This document shows, in pieces, positions 40,848 to 49,100 of a DNA stretch of 63,861 nt. Every line of letters starts with the position of its first letter. The first letter of the stretch is position 1. This stretch comes from an uncultured archaeon. Lineage in GTDB: Archaea; Altiarchaeota; Altiarchaeia; IMC4; QMZM01. The DNA is taken from assembly GCA_965602195.1 (NCBI GenBank), contig CBFCYF010000001.1, forward strand, positions 1 to 63,861, given 5' to 3'. The notes under the pieces are model-generated. The model was not told the DNA's origin. It searched no databases and saw only the letters and a list, made by a program, of their open reading frames with translations. Position numbers and translations under genes: made by a program.

Positions 40848-41687
40848 ATGAAAAGGACTAAATTAAATGCAGGAATGACTCCCAGAGAACAGGGGGTATA
40901 TTTTTCGCTTTTAAACAGGGAAAAGGTTGTAACCACCATCAAGCAGGTTGCCCTAGATCAGAAAATTAGTGATGGAAACGCACGAAGAGTCCTTTTCAGT
41001 CTTGCGAGAAAATGCATCCTCTACAGAATATTTAAGGGATGTTATGTTGTTATCCCTCCAGATATGCTATACGATAGATCCAGTTTCATTAATGATCCCC
41101 ACATCATCATAGACCAGTTAATGGAAGTCGTCAATCAAAAATATTATGTTGCATATCAATCTGCAATGCACCTGCATGGAATAGCACATCAAATCCCATT
41201 TACTCTGTCCGTTGCAGTACTAAAACAGAGAAAGCCATTGAAACTGGGTGAGAGCAGAATAGAATTCAGAAAAGTATCAAAGCGTGATTTCTTTGGAATA
41301 CAGCAAATGAGATATTCAAACGCTTTTCTGAATGTTTCTGATATGGAAAAAACTATTCTGGATTGTGTGATGAGGTATGATCTATGCGGTGGCATGGATG
41401 AAGTCTGCAGGGCAATTTCAGATGCAGGAAAGAAAATCAAGTCAGGAAAACTGCTGGACTATATGGATAAACTGGATTGTAAACCTGTCTCACAGAGGCT
41501 GGGATTCATCCTTGATAAATTAGATCAGAGTGGTTACAAGGTAGATAAAAAATTAATTGCAGGCGTTGAAAAACGCGCAGGCAAAAAAACCTATCTTCTC
41601 GACCCAAAATCAGGGAAGAAAGGAAAGGCTTCAAGGCGATGGAAGATAATTGAGAATATAGATTGTATGAGCTGGGAGCATACTTGA
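40848..41687 (+). CDS. abiEi: AbiEi-family antitoxin / transcriptional regulator (type IV TA)
   Basis: 279 aa. An N-terminal wHTH ...ARRVLFSLARKCILYRIFKGCYVVIPP is followed by a C-terminal AbiEi-type domain. It lies directly upstream of a DUF1814 gene. Confidence 0.75.
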   Translation: MKRTKLNAGMTPREQGVYFSLLNREKVVTTIKQVALDQKISDGNARRVLFSLARKCILYRIFKGCYVVIPPDMLYDRSSFINDPHIIIDQLMEVVNQKYYVAYQSAMHLHGIAHQIPFTLSVAVLKQRKPLKLGESRIEFRKVSKRDFFGIQQMRYSNAFLNVSDMEKTILDCVMRYDLCGGMDEVCRAISDAGKKIKSGKLLDYMDKLDCKPVSQRLGFILDKLDQSGYKVDKKLIAGVEKRAGKKTYLLDPKSGKKGKASRRWKIIENIDCMSWEHT

Positions 41688-41805
41688 ATTAACAGAAACA
41701 AAGGTCAGGAAATGGGCGGATGCCCTGAATATCAAGGATCTAAGGCTTGCAGAATTAGATCTGAGATTATTAAATGCTTTAAAGGCAATCTACTCTGATT
41801 CGTTT

Positions 41806-42678
41806 TTGTCGGAAAGACTTTATCTAAAGGGCGGGACCGCACTGAATAAATTGTACTTGAGGGAAACTGCCAGGTTGTCCGTTGATCTTGACTTCAACGC
41901 TATCGGCAAGAAGAAAGAGGTACTGGAAGAGAGGAGATCTATCAGATTAAAAATAATTGAGAAATTAAAAGAGCAGGATCCAAACTACAGGACAAAGTCA
42001 AAAAGCAGGTATGAATTAACCACGATCCATCTCGGTTATGATCCCATCTTCGGCGGTGAAAAAGAACGAATTAAGGTTGAGATATCCAATGTCGAACGTT
42101 TCGCTGTTCTGGGTCGCACAGGAAAGGACATCAGCTCGCCATTCTTCAATGAGAGATTTAACGTGAACACATATCAGCTTGAAGAGTTAACGGCAACCAA
42201 GCTGAGGGCGCTTCACAGCAGACTGAAGGGAAGAGACATCTACGACCTGTATTTCATCTCGAATCTTGATATGGATATGAGACTTCTGAGGAAGCTGGTG
42301 ATTTATTATTTCTACAGGGCGGGAAAGATTTTCAATCCAAAATTGTTTTTCAGGAATATCCGGGAGAAGTTCAGGTCAAAGAAGTATGTTGACGATGTGT
42401 CGGGGTTTGTCAGATCGGACATTGAGTTTTCCATAGACGATGCAGTAAAGAAGGTTTTGTCACACTATTCGTTTCTCGGCAGGCTGGATGAAAGGGATGA
42501 AAATTTTATTGCATTATCAAGGAAACTGCTCGGTAAAGCCGCGTCAAAAGACAGACTAAGAATTATTTCAGAAATAGGATATCCGTTATCGTATCTCTTC
42601 GGACCTGATGCCGTAATCTCAGATGAAGCGAAAGGTATGGATGTGGAAGACATCAAGGTATTCATACGGCGTTCCTAG
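41806..42678 (+). CDS. abiEii: AbiEii/DUF1814 nucleotidyltransferase toxin (annotated from the first canonical start; conserved sequence extends upstream to about 41686)
   Basis: Contains LYLKGGTALNKLYL...RLSVDLDFN...TATKLRALHSRLKGRDIYDLY. The same frame upstream encodes ELTETKVRKWADALNIKDLRLAELDLRLLNALKAIYSDSFL with no ATG, GTG or TTG. Confidence 0.75.
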   Translation: MSERLYLKGGTALNKLYLRETARLSVDLDFNAIGKKKEVLEERRSIRLKIIEKLKEQDPNYRTKSKSRYELTTIHLGYDPIFGGEKERIKVEISNVERFAVLGRTGKDISSPFFNERFNVNTYQLEELTATKLRALHSRLKGRDIYDLYFISNLDMDMRLLRKLVIYYFYRAGKIFNPKLFFRNIREKFRSKKYVDDVSGFVRSDIEFSIDDAVKKVLSHYSFLGRLDERDENFIALSRKLLGKAASKDRLRIISEIGYPLSYLFGPDAVISDEAKGMDVEDIKVFIRRS

Positions 42679-42776
42679 AGTTAGAAGTCGGGATGTGAAC
42701 CAATATTTCAGCTCCGAAAAGAGGCACAATTCTTCAAGTAAAAACTGATATGCTGCGACAATAAAAATATTTTCTT

Positions 42777-42850
42777 TGCCGAGGGCGGGACTTGAACCCG
42801 CGACTTCCACGTTATGAGCGTGGCACTCCGGCCTACTGAGCTACCTCGGC
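42777..42850 (-). tRNA. tRNA with CAU anticodon (elongator Met, or Ile2 if C34 is modified)
   Basis: The reverse complement is GCCGAGGTAGCTCAGTAGGCCGGAGTGCCACGCTCATAACGTGGAAGTCGCGGGTTCAAGTCCCGCCCTCGGCA. The G1-C72 pair and the anticodon stem lacking the 3 G-C signature argue against an initiator. Confidence 0.9.
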
Positions 42851-42854
42851 ATTT

Positions 42855-42971
42855 AAGCTTTAATAAAGCTTGACTGAAGGTGCTATCTTCGACCCCACGA
42901 TCGTGATAACACCGCATTTTTTTACTTATTTAGGGTGGCTAAGCGACTGAAAGAAGCACATGACACACCTC
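42855..42971 (-). repeat. fourth, inverted copy of the lysC-23S repeat unit, abutting the tRNA 5' end
   Basis: The minus strand reads gaggtgtgtcatgtgcttctttcagtcgcttagccaccc ... aagctttattaaagctt, then 4 nt, then the tRNA. The array reads aaggtgcggcatgcgctcccacagtcgcttagccacacc ... cgaccttttattgaaaggtcg. Confidence 0.7.
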
Positions 42972-43085
42972 GGTCATCCGCAAAAGGGTTATTAATTATT
43001 GTTCTACTGAGTTTAATTAAATTCACTACCAGATAAATAAATAAAATTTATATATCTTTAGATACCATAAATTATTTTCCTTTAC

Positions 43086-43208
43086 CCCGCCTTAGCGTAG
43101 CTTGGTTTAACGCGTCCGGCTGTAGTTGGATTTCACGGTCACGCACCGTATATGGACGCATAGGTAGCAGTCACCGGAAGATCCCCCGTTCAAATCGGGG
43201 AGGCGGGA
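43086..43208 (+). tRNA. tRNA-Tyr (GUA) with a 47-nt intron at the canonical 37/38 position (43126-43172)
   Basis: The fold is CCCGCCT-TA-GCGT..ACGC-G-TCCGG-CTGTAG[intron]A-CCGGA-AGATC-CCCCG-TTCAAAT-CGGGG-AGGCGGG-A. A TATA-like aaatttatatat lies about 30 nt upstream. Confidence 0.9.
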
Positions 43209-43241
43209 TATATAATATAAAAAAAAGAGGAGGTAAAGGAA

Positions 43242-43469
43242 ATGAGTGAAAAAACAGCATATCTGCTGGTGAAGACCAGCGGGGGAAAAGCTAAGGAGGT
43301 GTTGAAGGATATCAGGGAAATCAAGGGCGTCATAGAAGCCAGCGGAGTATACGGTTCAGTGGATATAGTCGCTAAATTGGAGGCAGAGGACATAGCAAGC
43401 CTGGTTGTTGACGAGATAAGGCGATTAGATGGAGTGACAGACACCAACACCCTGATAGTGGCCCTCTAA
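43242..43469 (+). CDS. stand-alone Lrp/AsnC ligand-binding (RAM) domain protein
   Basis: 75 aa, MSEKTAYLLVKTSGGKAKEVLKDIREIKGVIEASGVYGSVDIVAKLEAEDIASLVVDEIRRLDGVTDTNTLIVAL. A strong SD GGAGGT lies 8 nt upstream. Confidence 0.8.
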   Translation: MSEKTAYLLVKTSGGKAKEVLKDIREIKGVIEASGVYGSVDIVAKLEAEDIASLVVDEIRRLDGVTDTNTLIVAL

Positions 43470-43486
43470 AGGGCCCCTATGTGTTT

Positions 43487-43644
43487 GCCCCGGTAGTGTA
43501 GTGGACTATCATGTGAGCCTGTCGCAAACTTTAAAGAAAAGTTTGATCAAAACAGGTGCCATCTTCATTTCATTCGATGGCACTTAAGTAGTAGGGACGG
43601 TTTGCAGTCAGCTTGCGACTCGGGTTCGAATCCCGACCGGGGCG
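43487..43644 (+). tRNA. tRNA-Asp (GUC) with an 85-nt intron at position 37/38 (43525-43609)
   Basis: The fold is GCCCCGG-TA-GTGTAGTGGACTATCAT-G-TGAGC-CTGTCG[intron]A-GCTTG-CGAC-TCGGG-TTCGAAT-CCCGA-CCGGGGC-G. The intron has two internal hairpins, caaactt..aagtttg and ggtgccatc..gatggcac. Confidence 0.85.
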
Positions 43645-43747
43645 ATTATAAAACAGTTCGACTCCCTTCCCACTAGTCGATTGGGGTCGAATAATATAAA
43701 CGTTTCTGTGTCTCAAGAAAAAATCGTATCCCTTGGAGGTAAATAAA

Positions 43748-43972
43748 ATGCCTGCAAGGGCGGAAAAACCATGTTGGGACATACATAACAGACGGAAAAA
43801 AGATGATATGGCCATGGAGGCCTTAGCCGCTTCCAGGATATGCGACGGGAACCGGTAGCTGATTCTGGGGTTTGTTCGGCATAAGAAGGTTGCCGAGAAT
43901 TTGGGCATATCGCGGCAGACCAAGTACCTGCATTATCTGCGGATTCTAGCCGAGCTTCTACGATTTTCTTAG
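43748..43972 (+). pseudogene. small HTH protein gene interrupted by an in-frame TAG (codon 37)
   Basis: Translation is MPARAEKPCWDIHNRRKKDDMAMEALAASRICDGNR*LILGFVRHKKVAENLGISRQTKYLHYLRILAELLRFS*. On the opposite strand (44018 downward) only the first 30 or so codons, MKLQQIKHGQYYLTVPKKIVEARLE, look like an AbrB/SpoVT N-terminus. Confidence 0.35.
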
Positions 43973-44043
43973 GCACCGTCAAATAATACTGGCCATGCTT
44001 AATCTGCTGTAATTTCATTTTTTCTATGTCATTCTCTGTGGGA

Positions 44044-44763
44044 TTATTCGGGATTTTTTATTGATGGCATGTGCATTACACTAATGTTTATTAATTTTTT
44101 TCTTAATTCATAGTGGTCTTTGTAATAGCAATATGCATATCCCTTTGTTTCAGTAGAGCCTGAAGACGAGAGCAGAACATCTTTAAGCGTACAAACATCA
44201 AACGATATATGTTCATCGGTTCCTATCCTAGAGCAATGAAAACTCACGTAGCCGGGTGTACCAAATACTGAGTCACCCTTTTGGTATCTATAGGGCTCCA
44301 AGGGGGTTGTTGTTGCTATAAGCTTGTCGTTACGATAAATTTGTATCTTATTCACCACTGTGTAACATTCAGGGTATTCCCCCAATGTCTCAACTCTTAA
44401 AATAGTCTCCTCTTCAAAAGATAAAAAAAGACCAAAATCAACACATTCTGTAACTCCGCTACTGTCTATAAAGAAGGTACAAAATCTCTTTGTGCCATTC
44501 AACCCATAAAACTCATGATTATATACTGCAATTCCACTAACTTCATGGCAACCCCCATGAATAGTGACATCAGGGGGCGAGACTGGGAAAAGAACAGGAT
44601 TAATATATCTATCATAAATAATACCTGTAAGGATACCAATAACGAAGCTTAGAATAATTGTAAGTATGAAAAAATAGGATTGTACCTCAATATTTTTTCT
44701 AAATGTTGGTGATTGTTTCCAAAACCTTTTGATTGACCATTTTCTACCCATTTCAGATCTCAA
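44044..44763 (-). CDS. hypothetical N-terminally anchored, Cys-rich extracytoplasmic protein
   Basis: 239 aa with a basic N-terminus and a TM (YFFILTIILSFVIGILTGIIY). I recognise no family. Confidence 0.55.
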   Translation of the reverse strand: MRSEMGRKWSIKRFWKQSPTFRKNIEVQSYFFILTIILSFVIGILTGIIYDRYINPVLFPVSPPDVTIHGGCHEVSGIAVYNHEFYGLNGTKRFCTFFIDSSGVTECVDFGLFLSFEEETILRVETLGEYPECYTVVNKIQIYRNDKLIATTTPLEPYRYQKGDSVFGTPGYVSFHCSRIGTDEHISFDVCTLKDVLLSSSGSTETKGYAYCYYKDHYELRKKLINISVMHMPSIKNPE

Positions 44764-44895
44764 CGATAGACTTACTATGAAAAGATAAGGTATTTATAGG
44801 ACAAAAGTACAGTAGTATTTAAGGGATACGTGCTTGATCACTGCTTGCGACCGGGGCGTCCGCCTTAACTCTTTAAGGTTTTTCGGGTGCTGTAT

Positions 44896-45810
44896 CTATT
44901 TCTTCTTTGATTTAATGTATTCCTTGATCGCCCCTTTTTTTACATGCCAATTCCTGCCCAACTTTATTGCCTCAATCCTGCCTTTTCTCGCAAGCAAGCT
45001 GAGGTATTCCTGGGAGTAGGGGGAATCCTTTGAGGCCTCAGCCAGAGTTATGTATCCTGGACCTTTTTTGAATACATCCAGATACAAATCCAGGCTTCTT
45101 TCAACAGCTCTGCCGGTAAAATCAATGAAAGGCTTCATATCTCCCTTATCAGCTTCCTTAAGCCGGCTGTAGTATTTCTTCCTGTCCACCTTAAGCACCA
45201 TCACAACAGGGTACCCGTGTTGCATGAGAAAAAGATTCATAAGAAGCCGTGTGGTTCTGCCGTTTCCGTCAGTGAACGGATGTATCTCAACAAGCCTGTA
45301 ATGGATTAATGCCGCCAGCTCTATGACGTTTAGTTTATCCGGGTTGCAGTTAACGTAATCTATGTATTCCCTCATCTTCCGGGGAACCTTCTCGAATCTC
45401 GGCGGGCTTTTTACTGCACCCAGAATCCGTACATTAATGTCTCTGTACCTCCCCCCATAGTGGTCGTCGATTCCAGATAGTATGATCTGGTGTATGTTTT
45501 TTATCATGTCTTCTGTGATCCGGGTTTTTTTATTAACGATATCTTCCAGAGACTCGAATGCTTTCTGATGGTTTATGGCCTCGAAATGCTCTCTAAGGGG
45601 TTTACCTTTGATGGTTATTCCTTCCTCTATCACAAGCTGTGTCTCTTTCAGGGTGAGTGTGTTACCCTCTATTGCATTTGAGTTGTATGCTAGCTCTATT
45701 GCAAACTGTTTTCTGAGCTTCACAAGAACGTTTTTTGGCAGGGGCCGTAGGGCGTCAAGTTCCCTTTTTTTCCTGATTATTCGTTCGTAGATGGTTTTGT
45801 CGATTAACAT
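44896..45810 (-). CDS. fic: Fic-family protein (class II, intramolecular inhibitory helix) with C-terminal excisionase-type HTH
   Basis: 304 aa. The Fic motif is HPFTDGNGRTTR. The N-terminal SNAIEGN matches the (S/T)xxxE(G/N) inhibitory motif. The C-terminus is ITLAEASKDSPYSQEYLSLLARKGRIEAIKLGRNWHV. Confidence 0.9.
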   Translation of the reverse strand: MLIDKTIYERIIRKKRELDALRPLPKNVLVKLRKQFAIELAYNSNAIEGNTLTLKETQLVIEEGITIKGKPLREHFEAINHQKAFESLEDIVNKKTRITEDMIKNIHQIILSGIDDHYGGRYRDINVRILGAVKSPPRFEKVPRKMREYIDYVNCNPDKLNVIELAALIHYRLVEIHPFTDGNGRTTRLLMNLFLMQHGYPVVMVLKVDRKKYYSRLKEADKGDMKPFIDFTGRAVERSLDLYLDVFKKGPGYITLAEASKDSPYSQEYLSLLARKGRIEAIKLGRNWHVKKGAIKEYIKSKKK

Positions 45811-45819
45811 GGTTAATTA

Positions 45820-45858
45820 TTATATCGGATAACATATAAATATACTTATCCGATATAA
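45820..45858. promoter_or_regulatory. 13-bp perfect inverted repeat enclosing a TATA-like box, 10 nt upstream of the fic start
   Basis: The arms are ttatatcggataa (45820-45832) and ttatccgatataa (45846-45858). The 13-nt spacer catataaatatac is centred about 29 nt from ATG 45810. Confidence 0.5.
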
Positions 45859-45907
45859 AAAAAATTGCTTCGCAATTTTTAACTTGTATACTTTCGTATA
45901 CAATAAA
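45857..45907. repeat. 51-bp double-hairpin element, copy 2
   Basis: Identical over 51 bp to 5986-6036, in the same orientation. Confidence 0.9.
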
Positions 45908-45928
45908 CAAAACAGAAACTGCTTTCCT

Positions 45929-46159
45929 CTATAGAAATAAACACGAAATATCTCCTTCCTTAGGAATGTTGCGATTTTGATTATTGTAACTGTTTTTTTC
46001 TGATAAAATAGCGGAATTACTGAAAGAGATATGAGCACGTACTTTGCTCTTGGCTGGGGTGAGTTCTTCTATTTCTCCTGAAAAGAATTCAATACGCAGC
46101 CTCTGTTCAATGCTACTGAGTTTACGAAATAACACAAACAGTGCACTGATTTCCTCCAT
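45929..46159 (-). CDS. possible small protein (76 aa), uncertain
   Basis: The only support is that the ORF stop lies 21 nt upstream (on the minus strand) of the hairpin-plus-T8 element, a position that elsewhere follows real genes. No motif was recognised. Confidence 0.25.
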   Translation of the reverse strand: MEEISALFVLFRKLSSIEQRLRIEFFSGEIEELTPAKSKVRAHISFSNSAILSEKNSYNNQNRNIPKEGDISCLFL

Positions 46160-46198
46160 AATAAAAAGTATTTATTCCCTGCTGATGTAATATTTTTT

Positions 46199-49100
46199 AT
46201 GTCGACAGAAAGTCAAAAGAGACGCCAAATTAAACTATTGCCGGCTGTTATATTGATATTCTTACTTCTTGCGGTGGTTAGCGCCCTAAACTCCACCGAA
46301 AACACCACTTTGTTGACGGGAAATTCAACAATAAATAAGACTCTCCCCTCTTCAACCACCTCACCGTATGTTATGTCGCCGCCTAAACTTTCTGCTGGAA
46401 GTCTTGAATCCTCTCTGATAGATCCCTCAGGGGATGCTAACGTAACCCAAAACAACTTCTTCAACTTCACATCCAGGGTGGAATGTGTCGGGGGATTCTG
46501 TGGTAACATCACCGCAACCCTTGATCCGAGGAAATACAGGAAAATAGCTGAGAGGAGGTATCCGGTAATGCATGAGACAGTTGATGGATTCACCCTCAGA
46601 TATGTGTTTGAGGAGCCTGTGGTAGGGAAACACGGTGTATTCGAATCCGTCACAGTTTCTGGAACCCACAGGTATGGGGCCCCCGGATACCCTGTGCTTC
46701 CCTTTAAAACAGCGAGGATTTTAATCCCCCACGGAGAAAAAATAGTGGATGTTGAGGTAGCCGCCGGGCAGGAAATAGCAGTTGGTAAAGGCTTTAAGGT
46801 AGAGCCCGGGCAGAAACCAATTAGTTTATGTTCAAAAGATCCCGTCGAGTTCACCCCACCCGATGAGAAGGTGTATTCCTCACATAATGAATTCCCGCAA
46901 GATTTATTTTCGAAGGATTATAGAGTTCAGGAAAAACGGGGATATAGTATTTTGATAGTGAATTTGTTTCCCGTAAGATATGTTCCTGCCACAGGCAGAT
47001 TATCTTATTTCAGGGACTTGACCTTGACGGTAAAAACCAGAAAGGCGGGGAGAGCTAAAAAACCAGGGAATTTCAGGGGTTTACCGGGGGACAGGAGGGT
47101 TCTTGAAGGAATCGCTGACAACCCATCCACCCTTAAGAGCTACGACGGGATAGGGAGGGAGAAGCTGGGGGGTTCTCCCCAGAGTACATCATTTGTCAAC
47201 TCATCTGAGTCCTATGATTATGTGATTATCACATCTGCGGCCCTGAATGCGTCATCCAGAAACTACACCTTCCATGATTTAGTAGATCATAAAAACAGCC
47301 GGGGGGTTAAGTCAAGGATTGTGACTGTGAAGCAGATTATGGCCGAAGACGACTATGACTGTGATGGTTCCATACCCACGTCTTGGGGTGATGGCTGTGG
47401 TACTGGGTCACAATTTAACGATACTCAGGCACATATCCGTAATTTCATCAGAGATGCCTATCAAAACTGGGGCATCCAATACGTCCTTTTAGGCGGAGAC
47501 GCTGACGGAGCTAATGTCAGCGGTGAATCCGGAGACAATATAGTGCCCGCCAGAGGATTCTATGCTCAATGTGTTGGGTCAGATAGTAATCTTATCTCGG
47601 ATCTCTATTACTCCGGTCTCAACGGGTCATGGAATAATGATAACGACAGTTATTGGGGTGAGGATGGGGAGGATGATATTTACGCTGAGGTTTATGTTGG
47701 GAGGGCGCCGGTGGATTCCGATTCCGAGGTATCTAATTTTGTAAAAAAGACCATAGCCTATGAGAACTCAAATGATGCATATCTGGAGAAGGCACTGATG
47801 GTTGGGGAACATCTTGGTTTCGGAGGGGCATCAGAATATGGAAAAGATTCAAAAGAGGAGATCAGGAACGGCTCCAATGCCCACGGTTACAATACCACGG
47901 GTTTCCCGGATAACTATAATGTTAGTACGCTTTATGATGCAGATTGGGAGAAATATGGTTGGCCAAAACCCTATAGAGGAAGTGGCGGCTGGCCAAAATC
48001 TACGTTGATATCTTTTATGAATAATGGCACTCATATCATAAACCATCTGGGGCACGCTAGTACATTATATGTCATGAAATTATGTAACGCCCCCGTCTAT
48101 CAATCAGAGCCATACTGTGGCACAAGTGGCGACACAGATATTGATGACCTGATAAATGATAAATATTTTTTTGCCTACAGCCAGGGATGTTATCCCGGGG
48201 CATTTGATAACTGGAATTATGAGGGGGTGTATACTAAAAGTGATTCGATAGCAGAACACTTAGTTACCTCCGAGCATGGAGCATTCGCCGTTATAATGAA
48301 CTCCAGATACGGATGGGGTGCGTATAACAGTACTAATGGGGCCTCCCAACACCCTGATCGAGAATTCTTCAATGCCCTCTTCGGTGAAGACAAGAGACAC
48401 TTGGGGGAGGCAAATCACTATTCCAAAGAGGCTAGTATAGGATTCCTCCCTGACCCATGTATTCGATGGGTTATATACGAAACCAACCTCCTTGGGGATC
48501 CGGAAACCAGCATTAAAATTCCCGGAGAAGATAAAGGAGTTATCCCAGTGAATGACAGCTATGCCAAGCCCTTTTACACCATCTCAAATAACCCATATAA
48601 TGCAGATAACCTGGCTTGTCTCAAGAACATGAACGCTAACGACTCATGTAATCAAACATGGATCGTTAACGCAACAGGAGACAGCGGCAGCTGGGAGTTC
48701 TTCGTCATATATGAATCCGACAACTCAACGGTTAATACAAACATATCCAAGAAGATTAACATCACCATAATCGATGCAAGCCCCCCTCAGATAAGCGACA
48801 TCAAAAACACCTCAATCACATATCACTCAGCCAGGATTACATGGAAGACAGACGACTACAGTAACTCCACCGTTTATTACGGAACAACACCCTCGAATTT
48901 ATCATCAGTGAACTGGACTACCTCCTTTGAGAAAGAACATGAGGTGAGCATAGAAGGCCTGGATAGTCTTACACTCTACTACTATAACGTAAGCTCCTGT
49001 AACATGGATGGATGCTGCTCTGAATCAGGCCCCTACAATTTCAGTACAACGCCTATGCCAATCCAGTTCAACGGATTCGCCTGCCATAACGGCTCAGAAT

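Noticed and set aside
40546-40851. A 101-aa ORF upstream of abiEi.
   Set aside because: It has a GTG-type start, a Cys/Ser/Phe-rich composition and no motif. It is more likely a non-coding leader, and the region is flagged within the island finding instead.
42855-42871. The palindrome aagctttattaaagctt as the TATA box of tRNA-Met.
   Set aside because: It ends only 4 nt from the mature tRNA 5' end. That is too close for an archaeal TATA box, which is normally centred about 26 nt upstream of the TSS. I kept it as part of the repeat family instead.
43525-43609. A C/D-box sRNA inside the 85-nt tRNA-Asp intron.
   Set aside because: I found no RUGAUGA C box or CUGA D box at the expected positions. 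Only TTTGATCA is present, which is not a match.
33907-43972. TAG reassignment (pyrrolysine or sense recoding), suggested by two ORFs with in-frame TAG (33928 region and 43856).
   Set aside because: TAG cleanly terminates several confident genes here: GT4 at 1755, Mth938 at 21092, macro at 21083 and the thermosome at 22555. Both TAG-containing ORFs sit in obviously decayed or duplicated DNA, so pseudogenes are the simpler reading.
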